IMG/VR virus record: IMGVR_UViG_3300028833_000064
Location: 32,001 to 96,000 of that record
From: a virus
Lineage: Duplodnaviria > Caudoviricetes
Length of the DNA stretch: 64,000 bases
Direction: 5' to 3' (one strand)
Shown: piece after piece, positions 18,182-27,679 of the stretch
How positions within the stretch are numbered: position 1 is the first letter of the stretch
How the letters are laid out: the number at the start of each line of letters is the position of its first letter
Notes under the pieces: generated by a model
Database searches by the model: none
Told to the model about the DNA's origin: nothing
Seen by the model: the letters and a program-made list of their open reading frames with translations, nothing else
Position numbers and translations under genes: made by a program

Positions 18182-19177
18182 TTATTTACACACTTCGTCC
18201 AAAGATGCACTGAGGTGTTTCGAAAATTCTCTGTATTTCTGTGAGTCGAATATCCATCGACCCCTTTTCTCTGAACCGTAGTCAATATCCATCTCCTCGA
18301 AGATGGTGCAAGGATTGGGTTTGAGAATGAATATCTTGTTACTGATGTAGAGTGCTTCCTCCAGTGAGTGGGTGACGTTGATGATGGTATGCTCGGTCTC
18401 CTCTGCAATCTTGATGATGAGGTCTTGAATCTCACGTTTCATCTTGATGTCCAATGCACCTGTTGCTTCGTCGAGGAAAAATACCTTGCTGTTTGATGTA
18501 AGGCATCGTGCAATGGACACTCTCTGCAACTGTCCTCCGGAAAGCTTCGAAGCGTTGGCGTATTTGCCGGCGTGCTCTTCAAGTCCAACAAGCTTGAGTG
18601 TCTCCATCGCCTTTTCACGTGCATCCTTTTTGTCCATCCCTTTCAGGACCATCGGTAGCGCCACGTTGTCGATGACCGTCATCCAATGGAAAGACGAGTA
18701 ACTCTGAAATACCATCGGTACTGATTTATACTCGTCGATGTGCTGTCCGAATATTCGGATGTCACCTTTCTGTGGGGTCATTAATCCAGCGGCCATCTTC
18801 AAAATGCATGATTTACCACATCCACTACCGCCCATTATGCTGACAACTTCGGAGACCATGGGTTTGTCTTCCACCTTGAGTGAGAAGTCGTTGAAAATCT
18901 TGAACTCGTGTTTAGTACCCTCATCGAAGATATGTGTGAGATGGTCAATTTCGAAAGAATATCGTTTTCCATCATCCACAGATATTTTGGGAGATTTTTC
19001 AACCGGAGTCGAAACTGTAGTTGGAACTGTAGTTGTCACAGGAACTGTAGCCGGAACTGTAGTTGACTGGATGGGTTTCATAAATGGATTGTTGGACACC
19101 GGTACCGTAGTTTTGGTCTCAGTCGAATCCTTACTACCATCTATTGGTTTCGAAAATGCCGAAATATTTTTTTTCAT
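18182..19177 (-). CDS. ABC importer ATPase (TauB/SsuB/NrtD type)
   Basis: GGSGCGKS, MVFQ, LSGGQLQRV, FFLDEA, VTHS; T/P-rich N-terminal extension. Confidence 0.92.
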   Translation of the reverse strand: MKKNISAFSKPIDGSKDSTETKTTVPVSNNPFMKPIQSTTVPATVPVTTTVPTTVSTPVEKSPKISVDDGKRYSFEIDHLTHIFDEGTKHEFKIFNDFSLKVEDKPMVSEVVSIMGGSGCGKSCILKMAAGLMTPQKGDIRIFGQHIDEYKSVPMVFQSYSSFHWMTVIDNVALPMVLKGMDKKDAREKAMETLKLVGLEEHAGKYANASKLSGGQLQRVSIARCLTSNSKVFFLDEATGALDIKMKREIQDLIIKIAEETEHTIINVTHSLEEALYISNKIFILKPNPCTIFEEMDIDYGSEKRGRWIFDSQKYREFSKHLSASLDEVCK

Positions 19178-19179
19178 AG

Positions 19180-19989
19180 TTACTTCTTTGTGTGGGGGAA
19201 TATGATTGGTTTCAAGAAATGGAAGAGTCTGTCTTGCAGTAGTCCTATCATCACGATAACGAAGAGGAGGGCGTATATCTCCGGAGTCCTGCTCTGTCGA
19301 CTGAATGTGGAAATCATTGCACCGATTCCTCCGACTTTGTTGAGACTTTCTGCAATGACGACGTATGTGTAACTGATGGCCACAAGACTTCTGATATCAT
19401 CGTATACCTTTTCCATCACATATGGGAAGTACACATACTTGAAAGTCTGCCAGTTTGACATACCCATGGTCTTGGCCGTCTGAAGATAGACATTATCGTT
19501 CACATTGGTTGGGTTCTGCAAGTCGAGTACCTTACCGACAACGCTTGGAAGGGTGAAGATGAAGATACCGAAAGCAAGGAAGAAAGCTTTCATACCGAAG
19601 GCGAGTCCAAAGATGGAGATGAAGATTCCGGATACTGTTGGTAGCGGGAGGTATCGTAGCGCCTCAAAATATTTCCTGAACAACGAGTTGAACATAGGAA
19701 TCATTCCAATCAAGAATCCAAGCGGTATTGCAAAGAGTACGGCAATGAGGTATCCCGAGATATTCAGTGACACCGTATACCATATATTGTCCAACAAGTG
19801 GTATTTCGAGAACAAGTCCGGAACAATGGAGACAACCTTTACTGGGTTAGGGAGAATACCCGGACTGATGATTTCACCAGTCAATGTCACGAGATACCAT
19901 ATTGTTATAAGAAGTACAGCACCTATCGACCCAATAATCCTACCCTCTTTTTTCGAAATTTCCCCACCTGGTTTGAAGTACTTGTTCAT
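19180..19989 (-). CDS. ABC importer permease (TauC/SsuC type)
   Basis: About 6 TMs, RYLP, EAA-like YLQTAKTMG, YVVIAE. Confidence 0.9.
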   Translation of the reverse strand: MNKYFKPGGEISKKEGRIIGSIGAVLLITIWYLVTLTGEIISPGILPNPVKVVSIVPDLFSKYHLLDNIWYTVSLNISGYLIAVLFAIPLGFLIGMIPMFNSLFRKYFEALRYLPLPTVSGIFISIFGLAFGMKAFFLAFGIFIFTLPSVVGKVLDLQNPTNVNDNVYLQTAKTMGMSNWQTFKYVYFPYVMEKVYDDIRSLVAISYTYVVIAESLNKVGGIGAMISTFSRQSRTPEIYALLFVIVMIGLLQDRLFHFLKPIIFPHTKK

Positions 19990-20003
19990 TTGATTTCTTT
20001 TTT

Positions 20004-20089
20004 AAAAGGGGGTCGTGACTCTGACCCCCTTTTCATGTTAAACCATTTTTACCCTTTTTTTGGAGGGGAGTCAGAACGACCCCCCTCTC
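20004..20089 (-). terminator. Two tandem hairpins between SBP and permease
   Basis: AAAAGGGGGTC..GACCCCCTTTT and GAGGGGGAGTC..GACCCCCTCTC. Confidence 0.6.
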
Positions 20090-20101
20090 TGTTGTATATT
20101 G

Positions 20102-21634
20102 TTATCGTTGAACCAGCTTCATACTTGTGGTACGGTATTTCTGATTGCTTCCGACGACTCCATCCGAGATTGCACGTTTGGGACCGTTACCCTCGACGAT
20201 GAATCGATTTTTATCTACACCTTGACGACTGAGATAGTTTGCCACACTCTGAGCACGCTGCTTGGACAGTTCAATGTTGTGCTGATAGCTGCCGGTGTTG
20301 TCTGTGTTACCCTCGATTCGGACATAGCAGTTGTTGAACTGTTTGATGATAGGAAGCATCTCACGCTCGATGATAGTCTCTGCATCGACGCTCAATTCAC
20401 TCCCATCGACGGGGAACTCGATAACCACTTCCTTGTCAGAGAATGCTTCGGTAGATTTGACTTGCATCGACGGGGCGGCAAACTTACGTTTAGCGGTACC
20501 CTTTGCAGTCTGGTCATTGGTAAGGTTATTGCTTTTCATCAGAGATTCGATGATAGATGTCTCAGAGATTGTACGCCACGGCATGGTTGCCTTTGCAAGA
20601 CCGATTTCACCGTACACCTGACTCATCTTGGTATAGAGTTTCTCACCGGTGATTTCATCGTATTCAGTGTTCAGACCGAACCAGTTGATGTTGTCTTCGA
20701 GAGTAGCGAAGTTAATCTTGCTGCCGACTGTCAGAACATCCTCCTCCGGAACGTCGAACTCTTTGGCGAACACGTGACATACTTCCTTATACGTCTCGGG
20801 GTTGTTCATCTCCGAATTTGCCCACAGAAGTGCTTCCACAATCTTTTTTGCAGTTTCGGGATTTTCTTTCAACCATTCCTCGTGAGCAAGGAAACCATCG
20901 GTTACAAGGGTCTGGATATCTTTGGTGCTTACCAGGACGTGTGTGCCGGTAGGACCATCCTTGATACAAGCGTCGTCATCGGGACAGAATACCACTGCTG
21001 CATCAGCAGTACCCGCCTTGAACGCCGTTGCAACGTCGGAACCATATCCAGTCGTGATAATCTGCACGTCACTGTTGGAAAGACCATTGGCAGCGAGAGT
21101 ATTGAGTAGGAGAGAATGTGATGCTGTACCTTCCGAGCAGACGATTTTCTTTCCCTTCAAATCCGCCACTCTCTTGATGTTCTTGGTTGCCACGATTGCA
21201 TCTGCACCGGCACTGAAGTTGTGAATCATAAAATAACGGGCGTCTGTCATAGTGCCGGACTGGCTTGCCTCCACGGGATACGAGTCAAGGGTGCAGAAAC
21301 GGAGGGCGTTCTTGTGTTCCTTGAAGTAAGCAGTTGCTCCATCGAAGTCATCCATCTGGATAATCTTGAGGCGGATACCGAAACGCTTGTAGAACTCAGA
21401 CTCCTTGCTTCCGTCTTTGCCTCCGTTGAAAGTGACGAATGGTGCCCAACCTGTATAGGTGTCCACGAGCACGTAGGCGTCGTACTTACTGTTACCGCCG
21501 ACAAGTTTGCCGAGATTGATTCCCGAGTTTTTGGTCCCGAAGAAGACTGCTGCACCGAGCAGACCTACAGCGAGAACGATTGTTAATAGACGGCCGAAAC
21601 CCGTCAATTTTGAAAAAGTGCTTTTGATACTCAT
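20102..21634 (-). CDS. ABC substrate-binding protein (NMT1/SsuA-like) fused to C-terminal OmpA peptidoglycan-binding domain
   Basis: N-terminal TM; SAGADAIVA..LKGKKI..GTASH; IEGNTDNTG..NIELSKQRAQSVANYL. Confidence 0.88.
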   Translation of the reverse strand: MSIKSTFSKLTGFGRLLTIVLAVGLLGAAVFFGTKNSGINLGKLVGGNSKYDAYVLVDTYTGWAPFVTFNGGKDGSKESEFYKRFGIRLKIIQMDDFDGATAYFKEHKNALRFCTLDSYPVEASQSGTMTDARYFMIHNFSAGADAIVATKNIKRVADLKGKKIVCSEGTASHSLLLNTLAANGLSNSDVQIITTGYGSDVATAFKAGTADAAVVFCPDDDACIKDGPTGTHVLVSTKDIQTLVTDGFLAHEEWLKENPETAKKIVEALLWANSEMNNPETYKEVCHVFAKEFDVPEEDVLTVGSKINFATLEDNINWFGLNTEYDEITGEKLYTKMSQVYGEIGLAKATMPWRTISETSIIESLMKSNNLTNDQTAKGTAKRKFAAPSMQVKSTEAFSDKEVVIEFPVDGSELSVDAETIIEREMLPIIKQFNNCYVRIEGNTDNTGSYQHNIELSKQRAQSVANYLSRQGVDKNRFIVEGNGPKRAISDGVVGSNQKYRTTSMKLVQR

Positions 21635-21664
21635 AGTTTTTTGATTTTTGAAATGTTGATATTT

Positions 21665-21925
21665 TTATTTGTTGTTATTATGTTTGTTTCTTAAATCTTC
21701 GAGAAACTTCTCATGTTTCTTGTGCTCAGATTTGTTGTGTTTCAACAAAACCAAAAAGATGGTCAATCCGATGGTCAGAAGAATTGCAGCCGTAATCCAT
21801 ATCGGTGATAGCACCCACCACCAAGACCAGTCGATTACATTACAAAGCTTGAGAATGATGAAGGTAATGGTCAAAAGACCGACGAACCCGATTCCACCAC
21901 TTGTTGTTGTTTTTGATTCACTCAT
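21665..21925 (-). CDS. Small membrane protein
   Basis: GGIGFVGLLTI.FI.LKL..VIDWSWWWVLSPIWI. Confidence 0.75.
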   Translation of the reverse strand: MSESKTTTSGGIGFVGLLTITFIILKLCNVIDWSWWWVLSPIWITAAILLTIGLTIFLVLLKHNKSEHKKHEKFLEDLRNKHNNNK

Positions 21926-21954
21926 TTTTTTTTTCTTTTGATTTCTTATATTTA

Positions 21955-21966
21955 AAAGATACTATT
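21955..21966 (-). promoter_or_regulatory. Class II promoter-like motif
   Basis: AATAGTATCTTT heading the ABC operon. Confidence 0.65.
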
Positions 21967-22002
21967 TTTTTTTCGGTATTTTCGAAAAATGAAGAATATT
22001 TT

Positions 22003-23106
22003 TTAAAATAAATCTTCTTGCAGAACCGAGATTGGCATCCACCACTTTACATGAGTCCGGTTATACAACTCCCACTTTCCGTTGCAATAGGTGTTTACCA
22101 GTACAGTATGTCCATCACAGTCAAGCATGGTTATGTAGTCTCCATCAGTATCCGGATATTCGTCCGTCTTCGGATTTCTTGGGTTTGAAACGGTCTTTGT
22201 CCAAGGAATGGATTTTTCGAGACTTTCCTTTTTTATAGAATATGTTTCTTTTAAATTATTGGTTTTATAGATTGAACCATACCCATGAAAAATACCATTC
22301 GTGTATTCAAGTATAAAACCGGTATTACTTTTGAGAATCTGTAAAATCTCAGACGGACTCATCTTTTTGTCTTCAGTCTTGTCCAATAATGCACGTGTAC
22401 ATACGTTCGCCTCGACGATGGAATCGTCTTCATAGAATGTGTAGGCGTCAACTGGTTCTCCCGTCACCTTGTTGTTTTTATACGGATGTTTGACAATCTC
22501 CTTCACGGTGTTGATTCGCTGACCACTCTTGAATGGTTTCCCCGAAAACTTTACAACCTTGTCGCCGGGTTCAACGACTATGGATTGCTCACGAATGGCT
22601 TTCTTTTCGGATTTCGAAAATCTATGCTCCAAAATATGACTTTTGATTTCATTGACTTTTTTATCGATTTGGTCAATTTCATCATATAAATCTTTAGCGT
22701 CTATGGCGATACCGGCTTCGATGAGATTTTCGAAATCGAATTTGTTTTCGTAGAACCACTTCACGATTTTTCCAATTCCCATTGGACTGAAAAACGAGTC
22801 ATTGGGGAATACCTTATCATACTCAAGTTCCTCCTTATTGGTCATCGACATCATCCGTCTAAGATAGGGTCGAACCAAAACTTCGTCGAGTTTGATGGTT
22901 GTACGGAAAATGTCAAATATATTCGTAACGGTTATTTCCTTCTTCCTTATATCAACGGATACAAGTTTGGCTTTCTCCCATACCACACTTCCGTCATTCC
23001 ATTCGATATGGAGGATAAGGCCGTAGGGCATTCTTGCAGACAACTGCTGCAATAAGATTTCCTGTCTATCTTCTTGTTTCATAATTTTATAGATAATGGT
23101 TAACAT
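22003..23106 (-). CDS. Multi-module hypothetical protein
   Basis: LSARMPYG module, SGKPFKSG module, C-terminal WWMP module. Confidence 0.7.
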   Translation of the reverse strand: MLTIIYKIMKQEDRQEILLQQLSARMPYGLILHIEWNDGSVVWEKAKLVSVDIRKKEITVTNIFDIFRTTIKLDEVLVRPYLRRMMSMTNKEELEYDKVFPNDSFFSPMGIGKIVKWFYENKFDFENLIEAGIAIDAKDLYDEIDQIDKKVNEIKSHILEHRFSKSEKKAIREQSIVVEPGDKVVKFSGKPFKSGQRINTVKEIVKHPYKNNKVTGEPVDAYTFYEDDSIVEANVCTRALLDKTEDKKMSPSEILQILKSNTGFILEYTNGIFHGYGSIYKTNNLKETYSIKKESLEKSIPWTKTVSNPRNPKTDEYPDTDGDYITMLDCDGHTVLVNTYCNGKWELYNRTHVKWWMPISVLQEDLF

Positions 23107-23426
23107 TTTGACAGATATCCTGCCGGATTAATTGATATTGAAACGTCTTCAATTGTCGCTTCGTTCAAGTTAATAACTTCCGATGAATAGGGGTAGTGAC
23201 GCTTCCCTGTGAAATAGTCGGTAAATCCCCAATGACCTTCATCATCTTGTTTGAAAAATTTACCTATGTGGATTTTCTTTCCTGAATAGAAAAGGTAGAC
23301 ATCACCATCCTTTATGCTCGGGTCTTCTGGATTGAACTCCTTGAATCCACCTAAATAAACAGCTCTTTTCATATTTTTATTTTTTAAGTTTCCAACAGTC
23401 TCCAACCGTTTCTGCACCCGATTCAA
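23100..23426 (-). CDS. Hypothetical protein
   Basis: Operon tiling. Confidence 0.6.
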   Translation of the reverse strand: MNRVQKRLETVGNLKNKNMKRAVYLGGFKEFNPEDPSIKDGDVYLFYSGKKIHIGKFFKQDDEGHWGFTDYFTGKRHYPYSSEVINLNEATIEDVSISINPAGYLSKC

Positions 23427-23970
23427 GTTCTGACAAAGCCGATACTGCCCATTTCTTCATTGGGTTTTCATCTCTCAGATGCAAGTACCTCTCGATTTTT
23501 TTTCTGACAATACTTCTTTCTTTCTCCGTATCCGGACGGATATTGTACGCTTTCCAAGTTCCGTCTTCTTTTTGAAAGGCTTGGTACTTTATATATTCTC
23601 CACAATATGGGGCGTAGGCGACGACATTGCCTCCACTCCATGGTTCATGTCCGTCGATAAGGGCATGGACATTCTGCAAGAAAACTTGTAGAACCATTAT
23701 GATGTCTCCTTTGTCAAGATAATAACTCAATGGTTTTTCATCACAATATAATTTGTAAAGCATTGTATTTATATCATGTGTCACACATCTCAATACTACA
23801 TAGTAAGGATTCGATTCGTCGGATGAATTCCATATATTGTCCACAATTGTCCGATAATGTCCAATAAGGTCTTTGAACAACGAGTCGTCCATTGTAATCC
23901 AGAATGGATGTTCCTTTATGGCATCATGCTCGGTTCTCAGAATACCGAGTATTTCTTCTCTTGTTTTCAT
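23377..23970 (-). CDS. Hypothetical protein
   Basis: Operon tiling. Confidence 0.7.
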   Translation of the reverse strand: MKTREEILGILRTEHDAIKEHPFWITMDDSLFKDLIGHYRTIVDNIWNSSDESNPYYVVLRCVTHDINTMLYKLYCDEKPLSYYLDKGDIIMVLQVFLQNVHALIDGHEPWSGGNVVAYAPYCGEYIKYQAFQKEDGTWKAYNIRPDTEKERSIVRKKIERYLHLRDENPMKKWAVSALSELESGAETVGDCWKLKK

Positions 23971-23971
23971 T

Positions 23972-24424
23972 TTACTGTGAAACTTTAAAACCGGATTGCT
24001 CTACAAGTTTGATTGCTTGTTCGAGAGATTTTCTTTTCTGTCTCTCTTCATCCTCTTTTTTCTTTCGTTCTATTTCGATACCTTGGTCAATACGACTCTT
24101 AATCTTCTCGATTCTTTTTTTCGCTTCTTCTTCTGTTTCCGGTTCTGGCCATGAAAGCTCTGTTTCAAACGAAGCTTCCCAATCTGCTCCGTTTGGGTTA
24201 TATTGCTCACTTTCACCAGTCATCACAACCGTTACACAGATGTCGTCATGAGGGATTACACTTGACTCAAGTTCTTTCTTTTTTCTCTTGACGGCATTCA
24301 GTAATTTCCTCAAGTCTCCACTCGTGAGACTGATGATGTTTGAATTATCACAACAATGTTTCTGAAGACGAGTGGTCTTATAGACATTTATTCTATCGTC
24401 GATATTATATCCTCTGTAATTCAT
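23972..24424 (-). CDS. Hypothetical protein, paralog of 24647
   Basis: MNY.G..ID..NV..SNI..F.TEL.W.E.E. Confidence 0.75.
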   Translation of the reverse strand: MNYRGYNIDDRINVYKTTRLQKHCCDNSNIISLTSGDLRKLLNAVKRKKKELESSVIPHDDICVTVVMTGESEQYNPNGADWEASFETELSWPEPETEEEAKKRIEKIKSRIDQGIEIERKKKEDEERQKRKSLEQAIKLVEQSGFKVSQ

Positions 24425-24642
24425 TTTAACAATGCTTTTAAATCTTCGATTATTGTTTGATTAGTTTCATCCATAGGAAGCATTTTGACAAGGCTGAGTA
24501 GTTCTTTTTTCTCTTCAGCGTATTGTTTGTCTTTCCACTCCGCCATCATGAGAGCCGACAGATAACACTCCATCGAACTACATGCTACATGGTATTGTTT
24601 GTTTTTTTCACTCAGTTCCTGAGCTTTTTCTTCGTTTGTCAT
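24421..24642 (-). CDS. Hypothetical protein
   Basis: MTNEEKAQE..MAEWKD. Confidence 0.7.
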   Translation of the reverse strand: MTNEEKAQELSEKNKQYHVACSSMECYLSALMMAEWKDKQYAEEKKELLSLVKMLPMDETNQTIIEDLKALLK

Positions 24643-24646
24643 ATCT

Positions 24647-25096
24647 TTAAAATTTTACTGTTCCACCATTTTCTTCGATTGTTTTCACCGCTTCTGCAAT
24701 CTTCTCACGTCTGGCTCGTTCAGCCATTGCTTCGCTGGCAATCCTGCTTTCGATAATCATATCGATTCTGTCTTTTTCCCACTGAATTCGTCTATTTCTT
24801 TCCGCCACACTTTCCATCTCCTCCCAGCACAGTTCGGTGATAAACTCGGCACTTTTGTATTTACCATTCATGGTGATACATTGTTCATCACAACCAGTCA
24901 GTTCTATCTTAACATCACCATGCTTGATTCCTTTCTCATTGAGTTCGGCTTCTTTCTTTATAATGAGTTCCTTCAATTTATCGAGGTCCTCTATTCCGAG
25001 TTCAATATTGTTGGAGTAGTCGTAGGTGAATTTATCCAACTTCTCGTGTCTTATAACATTTTTTGTGTTATCAATATGCTGTCCCTTGTAATTCAT
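24647..25096 (-). CDS. Hypothetical protein, paralog of 23972
   Basis: Shared motifs. Confidence 0.75.
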   Translation of the reverse strand: MNYKGQHIDNTKNVIRHEKLDKFTYDYSNNIELGIEDLDKLKELIIKKEAELNEKGIKHGDVKIELTGCDEQCITMNGKYKSAEFITELCWEEMESVAERNRRIQWEKDRIDMIIESRIASEAMAERARREKIAEAVKTIEENGGTVKF

Positions 25097-25099
25097 ATC

Positions 25100-25795
25100 T
25101 TATTCGTTATAACGGTTATAACTAATTTTGTTATCGATGAACCACTTGGCCGCCGCCTCGGCTTCAGCCTTGGTGTTCCATTTCATATTGCCATCTTTGT
25201 CCTTAATGTCGAGATTGCCTATCTTGGCATACCAGTGGTTTCCACCGTAGTGCTTGCAACTCTCCGGAAGTCCCAACGCCAAGTAGTCCATCTTCCCCCA
25301 CTGCATATACCGGACTTCTTCGAGACGGCATTGGGTTTCGATTGGGAACTCCAGTGTATCCTTGACGACCTCATCGACAATCTCATCACCCTCCACCAAC
25401 ATGGTCTCAACCACACCGTTGTCAAGATACATTTCGTGACCTTTTCGAAAATCATTGACTCTGTTGTTGAGGGTCTCGTTTTCCAACCGTACCGCCGCCT
25501 CAATCCAAGAGCACCCCCATACGGATTTATAGACATCGACGGCTTTTGCCCAAGGTGTGATGGCGTGCTCTGTATACACCCAGTTTCCATCGGGTTTTGA
25601 TTCGTCCGGTATAAGATGACTGTGTTCGATATGGTCGTGAACACCGTCACGAATCTCACTTCCGAAGATTTTCTTGAAGTGTTCAACCACCTGCTCTTCA
25701 GTCTCGGGTTTGAAAAACCAGTGACCATCATTTGAACCCTTTCTCCGTATCTTGACAAACTTGTACATGGTATCAGATGTTGATTGATTTGACAA
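25100..25795 (-). CDS. Hypothetical protein
   Basis: Long ORF, tiling. Confidence 0.7.
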   Translation of the reverse strand: MSNQSTSDTMYKFVKIRRKGSNDGHWFFKPETEEQVVEHFKKIFGSEIRDGVHDHIEHSHLIPDESKPDGNWVYTEHAITPWAKAVDVYKSVWGCSWIEAAVRLENETLNNRVNDFRKGHEMYLDNGVVETMLVEGDEIVDEVVKDTLEFPIETQCRLEEVRYMQWGKMDYLALGLPESCKHYGGNHWYAKIGNLDIKDKDGNMKWNTKAEAEAAAKWFIDNKISYNRYNE

Positions 25796-26354
25796 ACTCT
25801 ATGTGTTCCTTGCTCATTGGAACTCCGGTGAAGTTCACGTTGAGGAAAGCTCTTTTTACTTTCTCGTCCGAACAGTTCTCACGGAGGAAATAGAATGTGA
25901 GGCAGTTTCTTCCCTTGAAGAATCTCTGGGCGGGCTTGCTGAAATCTTTCCAATAGTTGCCGTTGCTGTCGGGGAACTTATTTTCGAAAAAGTCCATGAG
26001 GCAGTTAAGTCTCTGTTTTCCGTCGACCACATCGTGTTCATATCCGGTTTCCTCGAATTTCTTGTAGTCGTTTGTCTTCAACACAATGTATCCACAGTTA
26101 ATCCCGAGATAAATCGAGTCGATGAAGTTCTGCTTATCTTGGAGTGTCCAGCAAAGAGGTCTTTGGTAGAAAACCTTTTTACCGTCTTTATCCACGATGT
26201 ATGGGTCGAAGTTGAATTCCTCACGGGACTGACCATAAACCCAATCAAGTGTCAGTTGGGATACTTGCATGTCGTCATGCCAAGTTCCATTTACTAACGG
26301 ATTAACCCCGTTTTCTGTGAACCTCTTACGTTCAATATTGATATTGTCTTCCAT
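25773..26354 (-). CDS. DUF262 (GmrS/ParB-Srx-like) domain protein
   Basis: YQRPLCW, FIDSI, VVDGKQRL, FLNVN; start revised to MEDNIN. Confidence 0.8.
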   Translation of the reverse strand: MEDNINIERKRFTENGVNPLVNGTWHDDMQVSQLTLDWVYGQSREEFNFDPYIVDKDGKKVFYQRPLCWTLQDKQNFIDSIYLGINCGYIVLKTNDYKKFEETGYEHDVVDGKQRLNCLMDFFENKFPDSNGNYWKDFSKPAQRFFKGRNCLTFYFLRENCSDEKVKRAFLNVNFTGVPMSKEHIEFVKSINI

Positions 26355-26355
26355 T

Positions 26356-26466
26356 TTATTTTCTTTTAAGTTTATCTTTGATGTCTTCAAGAGTGGTCTT
26401 AATTAAAATGAGTTCAATTAAGATTAAACAAAGAAGAATCTAAATACAAAAATTAATAAAATTCAT
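26356..26466 (-). other. Small membrane peptide frame with in-frame TAG (26440-26442)
   Basis: MNFINFCI(TAG)ILLCLILIELILIKTTLEDIKDKLKRK-TAA, ending 1 nt before the next ATG. Confidence 0.5.
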
Positions 26467-26484
26467 AATTTATTATTTTTAAGA

Positions 26485-26832
26485 TTATTTTTTAACAACC
26501 ACCCATACATTTCCTTCCTTTACATACATTCCCTTCTCGATGGCGTGGCGTGTGAGCTGTCCGGCGTACTTCCCAATCTTCTTGAAGAGTATCTGAATCT
26601 GTTTCTCTGAGAGTCTCCCATACTTCTGATACTGCTTGCAGAAAGAGGTGAGTATTCCGGAATCGGTACCGGCGAACCCTACACCGTTGAACTCACTGAC
26701 ATCACCACTCTCCTGTTCACTCTCGGTCTGATGCTCATATATTCTGAGCATTGCCTTGATTGCTTTCTGTGGGTCAGTCGTGATTGCTGCCCTGATGGCC
26801 GATTCTATTGCTGATTTAGATTTGTATTCCAT
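26485..26832 (-). CDS. Hypothetical protein (first gene after cassette)
   Basis: QT..EQ..NGVGF..D..LSEKQ..KY..QL. Confidence 0.75.
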   Translation of the reverse strand: MEYKSKSAIESAIRAAITTDPQKAIKAMLRIYEHQTESEQESGDVSEFNGVGFAGTDSGILTSFCKQYQKYGRLSEKQIQILFKKIGKYAGQLTRHAIEKGMYVKEGNVWVVVKK

Positions 26833-26849
26833 TTTTCCTTTTATTTTCT

Positions 26850-26986
26850 TGATGCAAAGATACGAACTTTTTTTGAATTACAAAACTTTTTTTTCAAAAA
26901 AAATTAATTTTTTTCGTAACTACTTCATTTAGTGAAAGTAAAAAATGAAATTTTTTTATCGCTTATAGAAAAATCCCTTGCAAAAT
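26850..26986 (-). promoter_or_regulatory. Repeated promoter cassette, copy 2
   Basis: -33 TTTG / -7 TATCTTTG Bacteroidota primary-sigma consensus; palindrome TACTTTCA-CTAAA-TGAAGTA. Confidence 0.85.
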
Positions 26987-26990
26987 CTCC

Positions 26991-27677
26991 TTATTTTTTA
27001 TTTTTTTTTTTCTTATTTTCGGCACTACGGTCTCTTATTCCACGGAAAAGAGCCATGCTCCATTCGGAGATTTGCTGTGGAGTGATGGGGACAATCTCAC
27101 GGTTCAACCATTCGTCTTCCGTCATCCCGTCGATGTTGATGAACATATCGTGCTTAAGATTCTTTACAATGGTTTCCGAGTGGGTGATGACAACAACCCC
27201 GTAGCAGTTGCCGAGATATTTTTCGAAAATTTCGTTGAGATAATTGCAGATACCCACTTGCATCTCACGGCTCATTCCGATTTCAATCTCATCTATGACG
27301 ATGAATGCTTTTTTATTGTCACGGTTTTTTTCGTCTTCCTTGATGACGAGACTGTTCATCATGCTGACGATTGTACCTACCGAGGCGTTGGAAGTGCTGT
27401 CCCATGGGAGGTCGGACAGCATGTGGTCGAGTCCGGTTCCAAACAGTGAACTGCATCCGTTGGTTCTTTTCTCCATCGAGATGGTGGCGATTGGACTCTT
27501 GTCGAGTCCGAGTTTCTCCATTATGGTAAATACGAGTTGTTTTCTAACTACAGATTTACCTGACGAGTTGCTTCCTGTCAGGATGGTCACTTTACCCGGT
27601 TCGATTGATTTGGTGACATCGACGATTCGGTCGATGTGGTTGCTAATATGTTCTGACGATAAATTTGTATAATCCAT
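26991..27677 (-). CDS. Stand-alone ABC/SMC-type ATPase
   Basis: GSNSSGKS, IVIDEIE, VITHS. Confidence 0.75.
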   Translation of the reverse strand: MDYTNLSSEHISNHIDRIVDVTKSIEPGKVTILTGSNSSGKSVVRKQLVFTIMEKLGLDKSPIATISMEKRTNGCSSLFGTGLDHMLSDLPWDSTSNASVGTIVSMMNSLVIKEDEKNRDNKKAFIVIDEIEIGMSREMQVGICNYLNEIFEKYLGNCYGVVVITHSETIVKNLKHDMFINIDGMTEDEWLNREIVPITPQQISEWSMALFRGIRDRSAENKKKKNKK

Positions 27678-27679
27678 TT

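Noticed and set aside
20060-21109. 349-aa plus-strand ORF and other long antisense ORFs (24881, 41639, 50461)
   Set aside because: Shadows of well-supported minus-strand genes; no motifs
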